From: Hemiscyllium ocellatum
Lineage: Eukaryota
Direction of reading: 5' to 3'
Length of the DNA stretch: 64,000 bases
Assembly: GCF_020745735.1 (NCBI RefSeq)
Contig: NC_083412.1
Span: 66,616,320 to 66,680,319 of the forward strand
Positions 38,900-51,915 of the stretch are shown piece after piece; within the stretch, counting starts at the first letter, position 1; every line of letters begins with the position of its first letter. A model generated the notes under the pieces. That model saw nothing but the letters and a program-made list of their open reading frames with translations. It was not told the origin of the DNA and made no database searches. The position numbers and the translations under genes are program-made.

Positions 38900-41090
38900 A
38901 ATCATAACGTCAAGCTTTATGCAATACTGACTTGTCAAAATGATTAGTGAAGACAAAGGTAGGTCCCTTACAGAGGAACAAAGAAATGGCAGACCAATTA
39001 AATACATATTTTGGTTCTGTCTTCATAAAGGAGAACAAAAATAATATCCCAAAAGTGTCGGGGGACACATGGTCTGATGAGACAGATGAACTGAAGAAGA
39101 TGTTGTTAAGGAAACTGATGGGATAAAAGGCAAACAAATGTCCAGAATCCAATATTCTGGGGTCCAGGTACTTAAGGAAGTGGTATTAGAAAGAGTGAGT
39201 GCAGTAGTGGTCAACTTTTACAATTCTACAGGCTCTGGAACTGTTCCTTTAGATTGGAGGGTAGCTAATACATCATCACTATTTAAAAAAGGAGATAAGG
39301 AGAAAAAGGAAAATTAAAGACTGACTAGTCTGACATTGGTGACAGATAAATGGCTAGATTCCATTATAAGCAATTTAATAGGACCGCATTTGGAAAACAG
39401 TGACAGGATCATACAAAGTCAGCATGGATTTACAAAAGAGAACTCATGCTTGACAAATCTATTTGATTTTTTTTTAGTAGAGGTGAAATAGGGGAACCAG
39501 TGAAAATAGTTTATTTGGACATTCAGAAAGTACTCAGTAAGGTCCCACAGAGAAGATTAATATGGAAAATTAAAGCACGTTGGTTTAGGGGTTGTAATTT
39601 TAATATTTTTCACAGCTTGGCCTGTTGCCTTGGAATCTACGGTGCTTCAAGTAATGACCTAACCACTTCTTAAATATGCAGATGGCTTCCTCCTCTTCCA
39701 CTCTTAGATTGGACGGTAGGTAATGTAACTCTACTTTTTAAAAAAATGAAGTAGAGAGAAAACAGGGATTTATAGACTGGTTAGTCTGACATTAGTCGTG
39801 AGGAAAATACTAGAGTTCATTGTAAAAGATTTAATAGCAAGGCACTTGAAAAACAGTGACAGGATCAGAGTCAGCATGGATTTCGAAAGGGAAATTATGA
39901 TTGACAAACCTACTGGAATTGTTCGAGAATATAAGTAGTAGAGTTGAGGGAGCCAGTGGATTTGGACTACTTGGACTTTCAGAAGGCCTTCAATAAGGTT
40001 CCATATAATAGATTAGCATGTAAAATTAAACACATGAAATTGAGGGTAGTGCACTGACATGGATAAAGAACTGTTTGGCAGACAAGAATAAGAGTAGGAA
40101 TAAATGGGTTATTCTATGAGTGTCGATCATTTACCAGTGGAGTGAGTAATTGATCAGTAGGGTATTGTAGGGATCGGTTCTTGTGCCCAGCTATTCACAA
40201 TAGATATTAATGATTAAATGAGGAACTCGATGTAATAGCTCTACGTTTGCAGATAACACAAAGCTTGGTGGGAGGATGAGCTGTGCAGAGGATGTAGAGA
40301 TACTTCAGTTCTGATTTGGATACGTCAAGTGAATGGGAAAATGAAGTATAATATTTGTTTTGTGAGTTGTCCACTTTGGTAGCAAAAACAGTAAAGCAGG
40401 TTACTATCAGAATGGTGATAGATGAGAAAATGGGGTAGTGCAACAAGATCTAGGTGACCTTGTACACCAGCCACTAAAAGTAAGCATACAAGTGCAACAG
40501 GTAATGAAGAAGGCAAAAGGTAGGTTAGTCCTCATAGCAAGAGGATTTCAGCATGGGATTAGGGTCTTGGTGAGGCCTCACCAGAGTATTGTGTGCAATT
40601 TTGGTCTACTTATCCAAAGAAGAATGTTCTGATTGTGGGGGGAGTGCAACAAAAGTTTATCAGACTGATTTTGGGGATAGCAGGACGTATGAAGAGAGAA
40701 TGGATCAGTTAGGACTATATTGATTGGAGTTTAGAACAATGAAACATACAATATTCAAACAGGACTAGACAGGACAGCCATGAAAAGGATGTTCCCATGA
40801 CTGTGAAAGCCCAAGAGCCTGAGGTCACAGTTGAAGGAAATGGGGAAGGCCATTTCGGACGGAACTGAGGAGAAATATCTTTGTGGAATTCCCCGCCACA
40901 GAAAGTAATTGAAGCCAAAACTTTGAGCGTTTTCATTCAGGAGATAGATATGTTTCTTAGTGCTAAAGAGGCCAAAGGATTTTGGGCAAAAGTGGGACCA
41001 GGATACTGAGTAAGATGTGCAAACATTATCATATTGAATATCAGAACAGGATTGAAGGGCCAAATGGCCGACTCCTGTTCCTATTTTCTA
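38900..41090 (+). mobile_element. Two adjacent decayed CR1 copies covering overlapping RT regions
   Basis: The segment gaaaacagtgacaggatc...gtcagcatggattt occurs near 39390 and again near 39850. Confidence 0.7.
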
Positions 41091-41332
41091 TATTTCTATG
41101 TTTCTGTTTCTACGTTTTTAAGATATCAACAAACGCTCATCAGCATAAACAGCCCCACACTCGGGCTATATAAAGGGAGGAACCATGAACTATCTGAAAT
41201 TTGTTTAGAACGTAAGTATTTAAACCCAGGAAGTTTGATGAATAAGATTGGTGAGCTGTAGACAAAAATAGCAGTATGAGAATAAATGTATGCTGACAAT
41301 AATGGAAATATAGCTGAGGGCGATGAGAACTA

Positions 41333-41600
41333 GATAGAGTCATAGAATCATGCAGCATGGAAACAGGTCTTCAGTGCAATTACTCTACACTGACCATGTC
41401 CCCAAAGTAAGCTAGTCCCAACTGCCTGTGTTTGGCCCATATCCTTCCAAGACCTATTCATGTACTTATCCAAATGTCTTTTAACATTGTAACTGTACCT
41501 GCATCCACCAATTCCTTTGGCAATTCATTCCATACATTCTATGTAAAATGTTCCCCCCATGTCCTTTTTAAATCTTTCTCCTCTCACATTAAAAAAATGT
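41333..41600 (-). mobile_element. CR1/HER1 3' end
   Basis: Same tail as the copies at 70 and 16367. Confidence 0.75.
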
Positions 41601-43407
41601 TCATGTTTCATCTTCAACGCTATAAAGTATTCAAAGAAAGAGACAATCAAAAATGGCTGTACAGATATAATCCAACTAACTTTTAATTCCAAGGAACATT
41701 GAATTTAAATTTCACCATCTGTCAGAGTGGGATTCAACTCTATGTTACAGAACATTAGACCGGGGGTTCTGGATTACTAAGTACAGTGATATTACCGCTG
41801 TGCCATCCTCTCACCTAAATTAACACTTCCAGGTAATAAATTTGCTGGGATAAGTGGTTAGAATGGGGGAACAGGTGGAATGGATTGTTCTGTAAAGAAC
41901 TGGGATGAATTCAACACTTCTACTTGTACCCCATTGACGAACAATGTTGCAATATCTATACTTCAGTTAGAATGTCTTAATTGAAATCTACTGCCTAACT
42001 GAGACTTCAGAGCAAGACAAGGACACATTATCAGTGTCTATGAAGATTTCTAGGGTCCCACCAGGGCCACTCAACTCCAGACCTTTTTTTAACAGCCTTG
42101 GTCCAATATGAACAAACTGCTGAAATTAAGAGTTGTGATGAGAGTAGGTGTCCTGATACCAGGACTCCATTTGTTCAAGTAGGGCACTGAAAAGCCAAGG
42201 CAAAACTGAAGACAATAGGACTCAGGTGAATAATCACTACCAGTGGTCACTAATCTTTTTAAGCACACAGCTACTTTTTACAATTTAACTGCAACCCAGA
42301 ATCTTTCCCTTATGCATTTTTAGTACTTTATAAATCTAAAACCAAGAATATTAATTATTATTTTGTCTTTGACTCACCAAATCTCAGCCTGATGATTGCT
42401 TATCTTCTGTGAGAAGTCTGGTTTGTATTTTCTTCAAATGGGCATCTGTGAGGTGGGTACAAAATTTGAACATGATTGTCTTCATTTGGGACAATTCAGT
42501 CTCACAGAGATATGGGGATTCAAGGTAAGATTTCAGGTTGACAGAAGCAGGTGTTTTTCTCTGTTTACAACTTCCCAATCTGATCCTTGATCTGACTTCC
42601 AGCTCAATAATGTTTTAATTATAATTAATCTCTGTATAAACTCTGCTGCTTTGTAAGTCAAACATTTGGTTAAATTTGGTAACGCACCCATCAGTGCCTA
42701 TTTGAAGGAATGGATTTGAGAATAACAGGATGATTTGTTTCATGACAATAATTCCTGAAATCACCTGCTGAATTCCTGTTCTTATTTCAACATCTTCTTA
42801 AGGACATTTAGGGATGGGCAGTAAGTGTTGCCCTAGCCAGAGATGCCAATATTCTCTGAGCGAATGAAGAATTTTAAAATTTTCTCTGCTTGGCTCATTC
42901 TGTTCTTGGTTTGACATGTTGGCTCTAACACTGGAATAGTGGTCTGTTGCAGAACTGAGATTAAATTAATGACAGACTATTGGATTTTGACCTGCATACT
43001 TTGCTGTCTATGGTCACATACTAGTTTGACATTGATGGTGGACTGCCTTTGTGGAGTCAGGAGGTATGGTACTCACGACAGAATTCACTGTTCTTGCAGC
43101 TACAGTATTTATGTGGTTGGTCCAGTACAGTTTCTGGTTAATGATGACACTAAGGGTATTGATGATAGGCTGTTCAGCAATGGCCTTTCCATTGAAAATC
43201 AAGGACATGTATTTTGATTATCTTCTATTACTGATAGTAATTGCCTAACACTTGAAGGCATGAATGTTACCCTGTACTCTATACACATTGCTGTAATCTG
43301 CACAAAGTACTCTGCAAGCAATGATTTTGGGTGAGTGAGGCAGTGTGGTGCACTGAGCAACAAAAGAGGTGGTGGGTTGCTGGGTCAGAGATGTCTTTTG
43401 AAGACGT

Positions 43408-43708
43408 GACGGCATGGTGGCTCGGTGGTTAGCACTGCTGCCTCACAGCGCCAGGGTCCCAGGTTTGATTCCAGCCTTGGGCAACTACCTGTGTGGAGTG
43501 TGCACATTCTCCCTGTGTCTGCGTGGTTTTCCTCTGGGTACTCTGGTTTCCTCCCGTAATCCAAAGATGTGCAGGTCAGGTGAACTGGTCATGCTAAATT
43601 GTCCATAGTGTCAGGTGCATTGATCAGAGGGGGGTGGGTTACTCTTCGGAGGGTCGGTGTGGAATTGTGGGCCGAAGGGCCTGTTTCGATACTGTAGGGA
43701 ATCTAATC
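43408..43708 (+). mobile_element. HE1 V-SINE
   Basis: Head, V-domain and tail. Confidence 0.85.
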
Positions 43709-45876
43709 GTGTAGTCACTGACACTGACCACTTGTGTTTAGTCATTTGACCTATTTGTGGCACTGCTGGCTGGTCCTTATGTCCAGAATCCAAGTATGAA
43801 CTCCCTGGTTTCATCCATGGAGAAATAGTATTGCTCCTCATACCCACCTCCAGGTCATATCTGTCACTCTGAAACTCTCACTCTCCTGTAATGAACTCTT
43901 ACATGAGGAAATTTGTTGAGCCAATTTTGTATATAGCAAAATAAAGCAAAAATAGAAGAAAGGGATAAAACATTTCTGGTATTGATCAAGAAAATAATTT
44001 TGCTCAATTTGGAAGTCTCTGAAGAACTTTATTGTCATCTTATCTCCTGTCACATTTTAATTCTCCATCTCCCTTCCTCTCTCTGTTTTCTGTTGTCTGC
44101 AATGTTACAATGAGGCTTAACACAACCAGAAGAAATAGCATCACATCATTCAATTAAGCATGAGACAGCTTTCGGGTGTTTTGATGAGTTCAATTTTCCT
44201 TTTTTTCCTTTTCTCTTTAGTGATGTTCTTGTTTTTGATTATTTGATTCAGTCAGTGACACAAACACCTCGTCTAGAAATATAACACCAACGTGAATACT
44301 TTAGTTGCTGGAAATCTGAAAGAAAGGCAGAAAATTCTGGAAATATGCAACAAGTTTGGCAGCATCTGTGGAGAAAGAAATAAAATTCAGATATCAAGTT
44401 AGTGACCTTGCAGAGCATCATGAGATCAGAACATCCAGACACATCCCTTGTTTTTTTTACTTAATTCCAATTGCCACTTCATTTGGCTTTACAACATCAA
44501 CACTTTCATCATTTAACCCATTCTGCCTTCTAGTCCATAACAATCCTTCCTTTATATTCTTTTTCCAACCCTCAACCTGTTCATTCACTTAAAATCTAAT
44601 TCATCTCTGACATTTCCAACTTCTGATGGATATCATCAATATGAAACATTAAATCTATAATGAATTGCCAGCTTTCTTAAATATTTCCAGTGTTTTCTAA
44701 TCTTAGTCCAGAAGAATTTGTCACTTTTAGAACTATACAACCAATTTTTTTAGCCAATCATTCGTCATTGCTGTTGTAACTTCTTTGTTCTCATCGCTTA
44801 GCACCTGGAAGACATGATGCTGTGTTTTGAATTGAATCTATTCCTTGCTGTAGGTGCCCTTGTGGCCCAGCCTCTTTAGCAGGATGATGTCCCTTTCCTG
44901 CAGGATTGATTCAGATGGGACTATTCTTTGCTAAGATTGCTTTGAATAATGTTTATAGAGCTTCTTGGACTTCAGGACAAGCAACCATTGAAGATGGTCC
45001 ATTGTTTAGCTACAGCTTTGCACATCAACCTGAACACAGTCCTGAAGCATAATCCAGGAAGTTGTGACCCTGTCCACCCTGTATTTAGTCTACATTTTGG
45101 TTAAGTTCCCAATCATGACCACTTTTTATTGTTGACATCTCCCTATAAGTTCTTTGATCCACTATATCCTTCCTGCATGTTAATGGTCTGTCGATGTAAC
45201 TGCAATGTGAGTGCACCCATTTCATTCCTCAGCTCTAACCAGATTGATTCTGTACTTGAACCCTCTGAAATATCCTCTTTCTCCAGCATTGCAAAACTCT
45301 CTTTAGCCAATCCCACTGTCCCTTCTCCTTTCTTCTTTTATTATCTTTTCTGAAGACCTTGGACCCATCAATATTGAAGACCCAGTCTTCCCCTTGCGCA
45401 TTTTATAGCCTTCACTCAGATCTACACCCTTGCAAGTTTGCTGTCTCTCCAGTTCCCCAGTTAAGTGGTGCATGTCTCGAGACTTGGCTGTGACTTATAA
45501 ACCCCCACTCTGAGCTGCTTCCTTGCAGATCAGAGACCTCCTTGATTCCAGGTAAATGTTTTGGGCCTTGAGAATCATCTACAATTTATAGCCTTCACTC
45601 TGAGCAGATCACAGGTTGGATGTCTCTCCAAATTCTAAGTAGTTGGACACGCTGGAGTTTCAAGTTATTTGATTTTAACGCAACACAATATCACCATATG
45701 TTCTAACATGGCTGCCACAGATATGACTGTACATTTGCTTTGTATTACCCTTTTCCAAGATTTTGTTTGATGTGGATCAATATATAAATAACAGAAATGT
45801 CTGTCAATCTTGCAAATTGTTTGCCAGAAACATGACACAAATACAATTAATTAAATATTTAAATGAGATATATTAA

Positions 45877-46185
45877 GATTAGATTAGATCACTTACAATG
45901 TGGAAACGGGTTCTTCGGCCCAATAAGTCCACACCGGCCCTCCAAAGAGCAACCCACCCAGACCCATTCCCCTACACCTAACACTACAGGCAATTTAACA
46001 TGGCCAATTCACCCAACCTGCACATTTTTGGACTGTGGGAGGAAACCAGAGCACCCGGAGGAAACCCACGCAGACACGGGGAGAATGTGCAAACTCCACA
46101 AAGACGGTTGCCTAAGGTGGGAATTGAACCCAGGTCTCTGGCGCTGTGAGGCAGCAGTGCTAACTACTGTGCCACTGTGCCACCC
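45877..46185 (-). mobile_element. HE1 V-SINE
   Basis: Head, V-domain and (TTAGA)n tail. Confidence 0.85.
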
Positions 46186-46239
46186 ACTAAGCAGTCAAAT
46201 TTGGCAAACTCATAACATATATGGTAATGAATAAAATGA

Positions 46240-46700
46240 ATGTATTATAGGAAGGATGTGATTACAGTGGAAGGGGTGCAGAGGAGATTCACCAGGATTT
46301 TGCTATGAAGGGAGGCTTATGGGCCTGGGTTTGTTTTCTTTAGAGCAGGGAATGCTGAGGGAGACCTGATTGAGGTGATGAAGGTTATGAGGGGCTTGGA
46401 CAGGGTGGATAGGAAGCAGTCATTCCCCTCAGTTGAAAGGTCAAATACAACAGATTACAATTTAAAGGGGAAGGCAGGAGGTTTGAAGGGGATTTGAGGA
46501 AACATTTCTGTCACCCAGGGGATGGTGGGAATCTGGTATACACTGCATTGCTAGGTTATTCAAAGGGAAATGTCACAACCTTTAAAAGAACAGGATGGGC
46601 ACTTGAAATGTTATAACATCCAAAGCTGGGAACCAAGTGCTGGAAAGTGGGAGTAGACAAGTTGGCACAAGCTCAATAGGATGAAGGGCTTCTTCTGTTC
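46240..46700 (+). mobile_element. CR1 RT C-terminus and 3' UTR, decayed
   Basis: agaggagattcaccagg...gggagacctgattgaggtgatgaaggttatgagggg. Confidence 0.65.
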
Positions 46701-47860
46701 TATATGACTATATAGCTCTATTATTTCCATTAAAATCCTGAACAAAGAAAGAATTAATCTCCTGATATAATCAACTGTAATTTCTCATCTCACGTTTTAT
46801 CTGGTAGAAATCGGCCTACATTCTTTTTCTTAATTTACAGTAACCTCTTACTGTTCAAAGGGACTGCGTTGTCAGAGAAAGTCAGAGTCAATGATTTTTG
46901 GGAATGGCCAACATATGCAGTGCATGAAGCATGCATAGTGCACACTTTCACTCCCAACAAACCATGAACAAACAAACATTGGAGACGCATAGGCTACAAG
47001 GTACACTTTGGATTTTGTGGATAAGGAAATTCATGAAGAGTGGATGAGGGAATGGCGGGACTTTGATGTGTTATTTCATGGGATATGGATATCATAGGCA
47101 AGGTCAGCACTTGCTGCTCATCCTGAATTACCCTTGTGATTGTATCAAAGACCTACATTCCTCAATTGCAGCAGTCCACCCAATATGACTTTTTCTGTAG
47201 TGTTTCAATATAATTGAGTGGCATACAAGGATATTTTAGGGGGCAGATCAAAGATAGCCACATTGCTATGGATCTGGAATTCCATATAAGCCTGAACAAG
47301 TAAGGATGCCATTTTTCTTTCTCCATTAATGAACCAGATAAGATTTTTGGATCAATATAAGATTGTTTCATGGTCACCATGACTAATGCTAGCTTTCCAA
47401 TCCAGATTTATTTATTAATTGAATTTAAATTCTACTAGCTGCCATGGTGGGACTGGAATCCATGTCCCCAGATCATTAGCCTGGTCCTCTTGAATACTAG
47501 TCCAGTAACATTGCCAATATGCCACTACATCTCTGTAAATTGTGTACAAATTTCAGTCATAATATCGAACATACTATCTCGTAAACTCCAGCATCTTACT
47601 CCAAAATCATTCTTCTTGACATTGATCTTTATGATTATGGTTCCCTATTTGTGCATCCACTTGGTAACTTGTCCATGTAAGTTTTTAAGTTTTATTTAGT
47701 CATATCAATATTCTTATTTGTGCGCTAGAATGTTAAGAGCTACACAAAAGACACATGGAGTATTGCACTGCAAATAGTAAAACATCTTATTGTCAATTGC
47801 TTGATTTTTTTGCTGTACAGATGATTTATTGGTTTTAAATTATGGGTTAATTAGAGTTGT

Positions 47861-48504
47861 TGTTATGGACTAGGCCAGACCACTCAAAACATTCTTAAGC
47901 AAGCAGCCCAGACCATAACTTTGCAATTTATTTCGGTAATTGTGTACAGTGAAAATTACCTGAAGTAAGACAGCTAGGTTGACGACTAGATTTTTAAACA
48001 GACAAAAATTATTCACAAAGCTACACAATGAAACATAAAGAACAGAATAAAGAACCCCAACAGAACTCAATCTATCCAAACTAGACTTAATTATGCTGTT
48101 CCAAATACACACAACAGTTCCAATAAGCAAACTCCCTTTAAAACCCAGTATAAATGGAACATATGCTAACAGGTGGAAGTTGAAGAGCAGAAAGAGAGAG
48201 AGAGTTTCCACACAGCTCAGTGTTGAACTCCTCACCAGTTCAGGACTGAATTAAACTGCTCAGCTCGAGAGCTGACTACTCCCCTTTCATTATACAGGTC
48301 ACTTCTAAAACATGACCACTTCGGCCTGAAGTCTCATCTGTTTACATATAAATAAAAGGCCTCTCAAAATCCTTTTCATCCCTGTACCAAACCAGTGTGA
48401 TTGGAGCCCAACCTGGTATATTAACCCTCTAAAAAATATCAAGGACAGAGTCTCTTTGAGCCAAGGAACAGCTTTGAGAAAAAAAAGTGACTACCATTGT
48501 GACA
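47861..48504. mobile_element. Solo-LTR-like element (TGTTA...TGACA)
   Basis: TG...CA ends with a 4-of-5 inverted match, AATAAA motifs and no ORF; TSD not convincing. Confidence 0.45.
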
Positions 48505-49114
48505 AAGTCAACACAGTGTTTCAATAAAATATTCAAATCAAGATGCAAAGTATCACAAACCAGCAACCTTTCAAACCATTCGATGAAAATTAAATATAAC
48601 ACCTGCTCATTAGAAATTCACGAAAACTTTCAGCAACATACAACACCTCTATCTAGATGAAAATATATGGATTCAGAACTGTTTTGCAGTTCTTTAGGTT
48701 TTTACAATTTCAAAAGAATGTTAACTTGTGATTAATGGAATCGATATTTTGTGTATTCCAATATATTGTGGTAAACATTTCCAAATAAGATTACTATCCA
48801 TCAATTCAATCATTATAAATTCACAAGTAATAAATCTTACAATTATATTGTAATCTTGTTATTCATAATGCATTAAGGTACCAAGTAATGAATGAGAATA
48901 AAAGCAATAGATAGCTATCAAAGGTATCAAAATTAGCAGTCTACATGATCACAGAAAGACTGACTATACGCAATGTTAATAAGGAAATACAAGTAGTCTG
49001 CATCTGTATGATGCTTTATTCTGACTACAATTTTCTTCAAAATAAGCCACTAGTTGACTTGTGCTCAAATGTATCTCAAAACAGTGAACACGTTGGGATG
49101 TAATGTTACATTAA

Positions 49115-49500
49115 CACGGTGGCTCAGTGGTTAGCACTGCTGCCTCACAGCGCCAGGGACCGAGGTTCAATTCCCACCTCGGGCAACCGCCTGCATGGAG
49201 TTTGCACATTCTCCCCATGTCTGCGTGGGTTTCCTTCGGATGCTCCGGTTTCCTCCCGCATAATCTGGTCGGCTTGGACGGTTTGGACCGAAGGGTTTGT
49301 TTCCATGCTGTACATCTCTATGACTCTGTGCAGGTTGGATGAATTGGCCATGCTAAATTGCCCCTACTGTCAGTTGCAGGGGTAAATGTAGGGGAATGGG
49401 TCTGAGTGGGTTACTCTTCGGAGAGTCAGTGTGGACTTGTTGGGCCAATAGGCCTGTTTCCACACTGTAGGGAATCTAATCTATTCTAATCTAATCTAAA
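49115..49500 (+). mobile_element. HE1 V-SINE containing a nested CR1 3'-tail fragment (about 49260-49327)
   Basis: SINE breaks at tcctcccgc and resumes at gtgcaggtt; the insert ends ggaccgaagggtttgtttccatgctgtacatctctatgactct. Confidence 0.8.
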
Positions 49501-51659
49501 TGTGCTGTATACATGCTGTTTCACGTAATATGTATTTAAAGCGATTTTGAAACACTTTCTCATCATTGAGAAACTCTACCATCAAACAGTTTGTAATATG
49601 GCACAAATTGAAGAGTATGAAGATGACAATGTGGAAAGCTGAATAAAATTTAAATACTATTTTATAGAATCTCTTCCACAAAAATAATTTGAATCTCCTT
49701 ATCAGAACATTAGCATAGAATTAAAAAAATATTTATTTTATATGTTTTCCATAAATCACGTACAGTCTAATATATCATGAGCCACATTGAACCAATTCTC
49801 ACTCACAATGCAAGGTTGTGTGGAAAAAATAATTGTCCCTATGATAGATCAGAAATCTGACTTATCTAAAGTGGTAGGCTTTGATATTTCAGGTTAAAAG
49901 AACTTTGGAATTATACGTGGTATATAGGCGGCTTCAATGTATTTACTGCAACAAAATACGCATTGATCCCAGAGTGAAATGTAATGACTACCCTGTGACG
50001 ATGTTTAGATGCTATGAATGCGTTGGGAAGACGTCCTGCAGGGAAACCCTGTTGTGAGGCTGTGGGGATAGTCTGCTTCTTTTCTTCTGAAACTAATCAA
50101 TGAACATTTCAGTCCAAATGCATATGTACTCTTTGAGATCTTGAAATCATTAATTTTATTTAATAACTAAAATTATTTATAAATTATCTTTGGATTCTGA
50201 GATCTGTGAATATGCAGATCTGTACATGTGGTTTAGTGATAGCGGTAGGATTACTAAAATATGACATCCTAATCATTTGCAACTGAGAATTATGAGTTTT
50301 GTTTGGTAGTTTTATAACATTGGTTTCATTGATTTCTTGCCACTGATTAATTTTTGCCATTATTAAATCTGAGTAGGTTATAGACTAAGGTTATTCTTAC
50401 TCACCAATGGGATGTGGGCATTGCTTGCCGGTCAGAATTTATTGTCCACTGCTAATTGCTGAGAAAAGCAGTTGAGAGTCAACCACATTGCTGCGAATCT
50501 TTAATCACATTTTGGCCAGACCAGGTAAGGATGGAAGATTTCCTTCCCTAATAAGAACATTAGTGAACCACATGGGTTTTTACAGCAGTCAACAATGGTT
50601 ACAGGATGGCAAAAGTGAGGACTGCAGATGCTGGAGATTAGAGTCGAGACTGTGGTACTGGAAGAGTGGATCACCAGCGTTTGATTTAATTCCAGATTTT
50701 TATTCAATGCAAATTTCATGATCTGCTATAGTAGCAAAATACTGCAGATGCTGGAATTCCAAAATAAATGCTGAAGAAACTCAGCAGCTCAGGCAGCGTC
50801 TGCGGACAGACAAACAGCTAATATTTGAAGTCCAAAATGACTCAGTTCTTGAAGAAGTGTCATACTGGACTTGAAATGTTAACTTGATTGATCTCTGCAC
50901 AGATGTCATCATGCTTGCTGAATTTCTTCTACATTTTCTGTGCTTGTTTCACTCTCTGCTGTGGTGGGATTCAAACCTACAACCGCTAGAACATTTTTCT
51001 GAGGCCTGGATTATTAGTCCAGTAACTACCATTACACAACCATCTCCCCTTAAGGTCTGTCAGTTTCCATTCCTTCATTAACCCACGCTCAAAGAAACAC
51101 AAGATGGCTTTGATATTCCTCACAAGTACCATGATGTTTCAGGGCTCTATAAAAGCTTTTCACGTTCACATCACGTGATTGTAATTAATCAGATATTTAT
51201 TTACAGTGATGAGTTAATGACTTACTTATTTCCTTAAAAGCGAGAGTAAAATATTACACTGTGGAATTAACAAGAACTTCTTTGATAAATAACCTGTATT
51301 GGTGTGTAGTAACTATTTCCTTTACACCAACATGCTTTTGTGTAGCTATCAAACTTTTAGTTAATGGATTTCTATAATTTTCACATTACTGGTTTATTTT
51401 CTTATCCAAAAGCGAATGTAAACAAGCCAAAGTTCCCTGACATTCAGCATGCGAGGATCAGAAAAATCATGTAACTTTAATTGTTTTCCCACCACCAACC
51501 TCTGGCTCTGGTTGCATTAGTCTTCCACGTACCCTTTCTCCCTCAATCTAATCATGAGCAGCCCATTTGATGCCCATGTCCAATCCGACCCTCTGCTACC
51601 ATAGAATAAAATCATAATGATCAGAGAATGAGGCTATTTGGCCTATTAAGATCATGCTA

Positions 51660-51915
51660 TGATTTGGAGATGCTGGTGTTGGACTGGGCTGTACAAAGTT
51701 AAAAATCGCACAACACCAGGTTGTAGTCCAACAGGTTTAATTGGAAGCACACTAGCTTTCGGAGGGACACTCCTTCATCAGGTGATAGTGGAGGGCTCGA
51801 TCGCAACAGAATTTATAGCAAAAATTTGCAGTGTGATGTAACTGAAGTTATACATTGAAAAATTGATTGTCTGTTAAGCCTTTCATCTGTTAGAATACAT
51901 TGATAGTGATACAGT
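51660..51915 (-). mobile_element. PLE family B terminal fragment, 256 bp, with 10-bp TSD
   Basis: GATCATGCTA at 51650-51659 and 51916-51925. Inverted copy of the end of the 54957-56062 element. Confidence 0.8.
51750..51784 (-). ncRNA. Minimal type I hammerhead ribozyme motif with intact core
   Basis: CAC-CTGATGA-A-GGAG-TGTCC-CTCC-GAAA-GCTA-GTG. Stem I CAC/GTG, stem II GGAG/CTCC, self-complementary AGCT in place of stem III, CUA cleavage triplet. Confidence 0.7.

Noticed and set aside
42384-42590. Overlapping ORFs and exon-like signals on both strands
   Set aside because: No recognisable domain and no consistent partner exons.
2546-49500. tRNA genes or RSS heptamers (CACTGTG) in the repeated GC-rich units
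   Set aside because: These are the tRNA-derived heads of HE1 SINEs. There is no complete cloverleaf and no correctly spaced nonamer.
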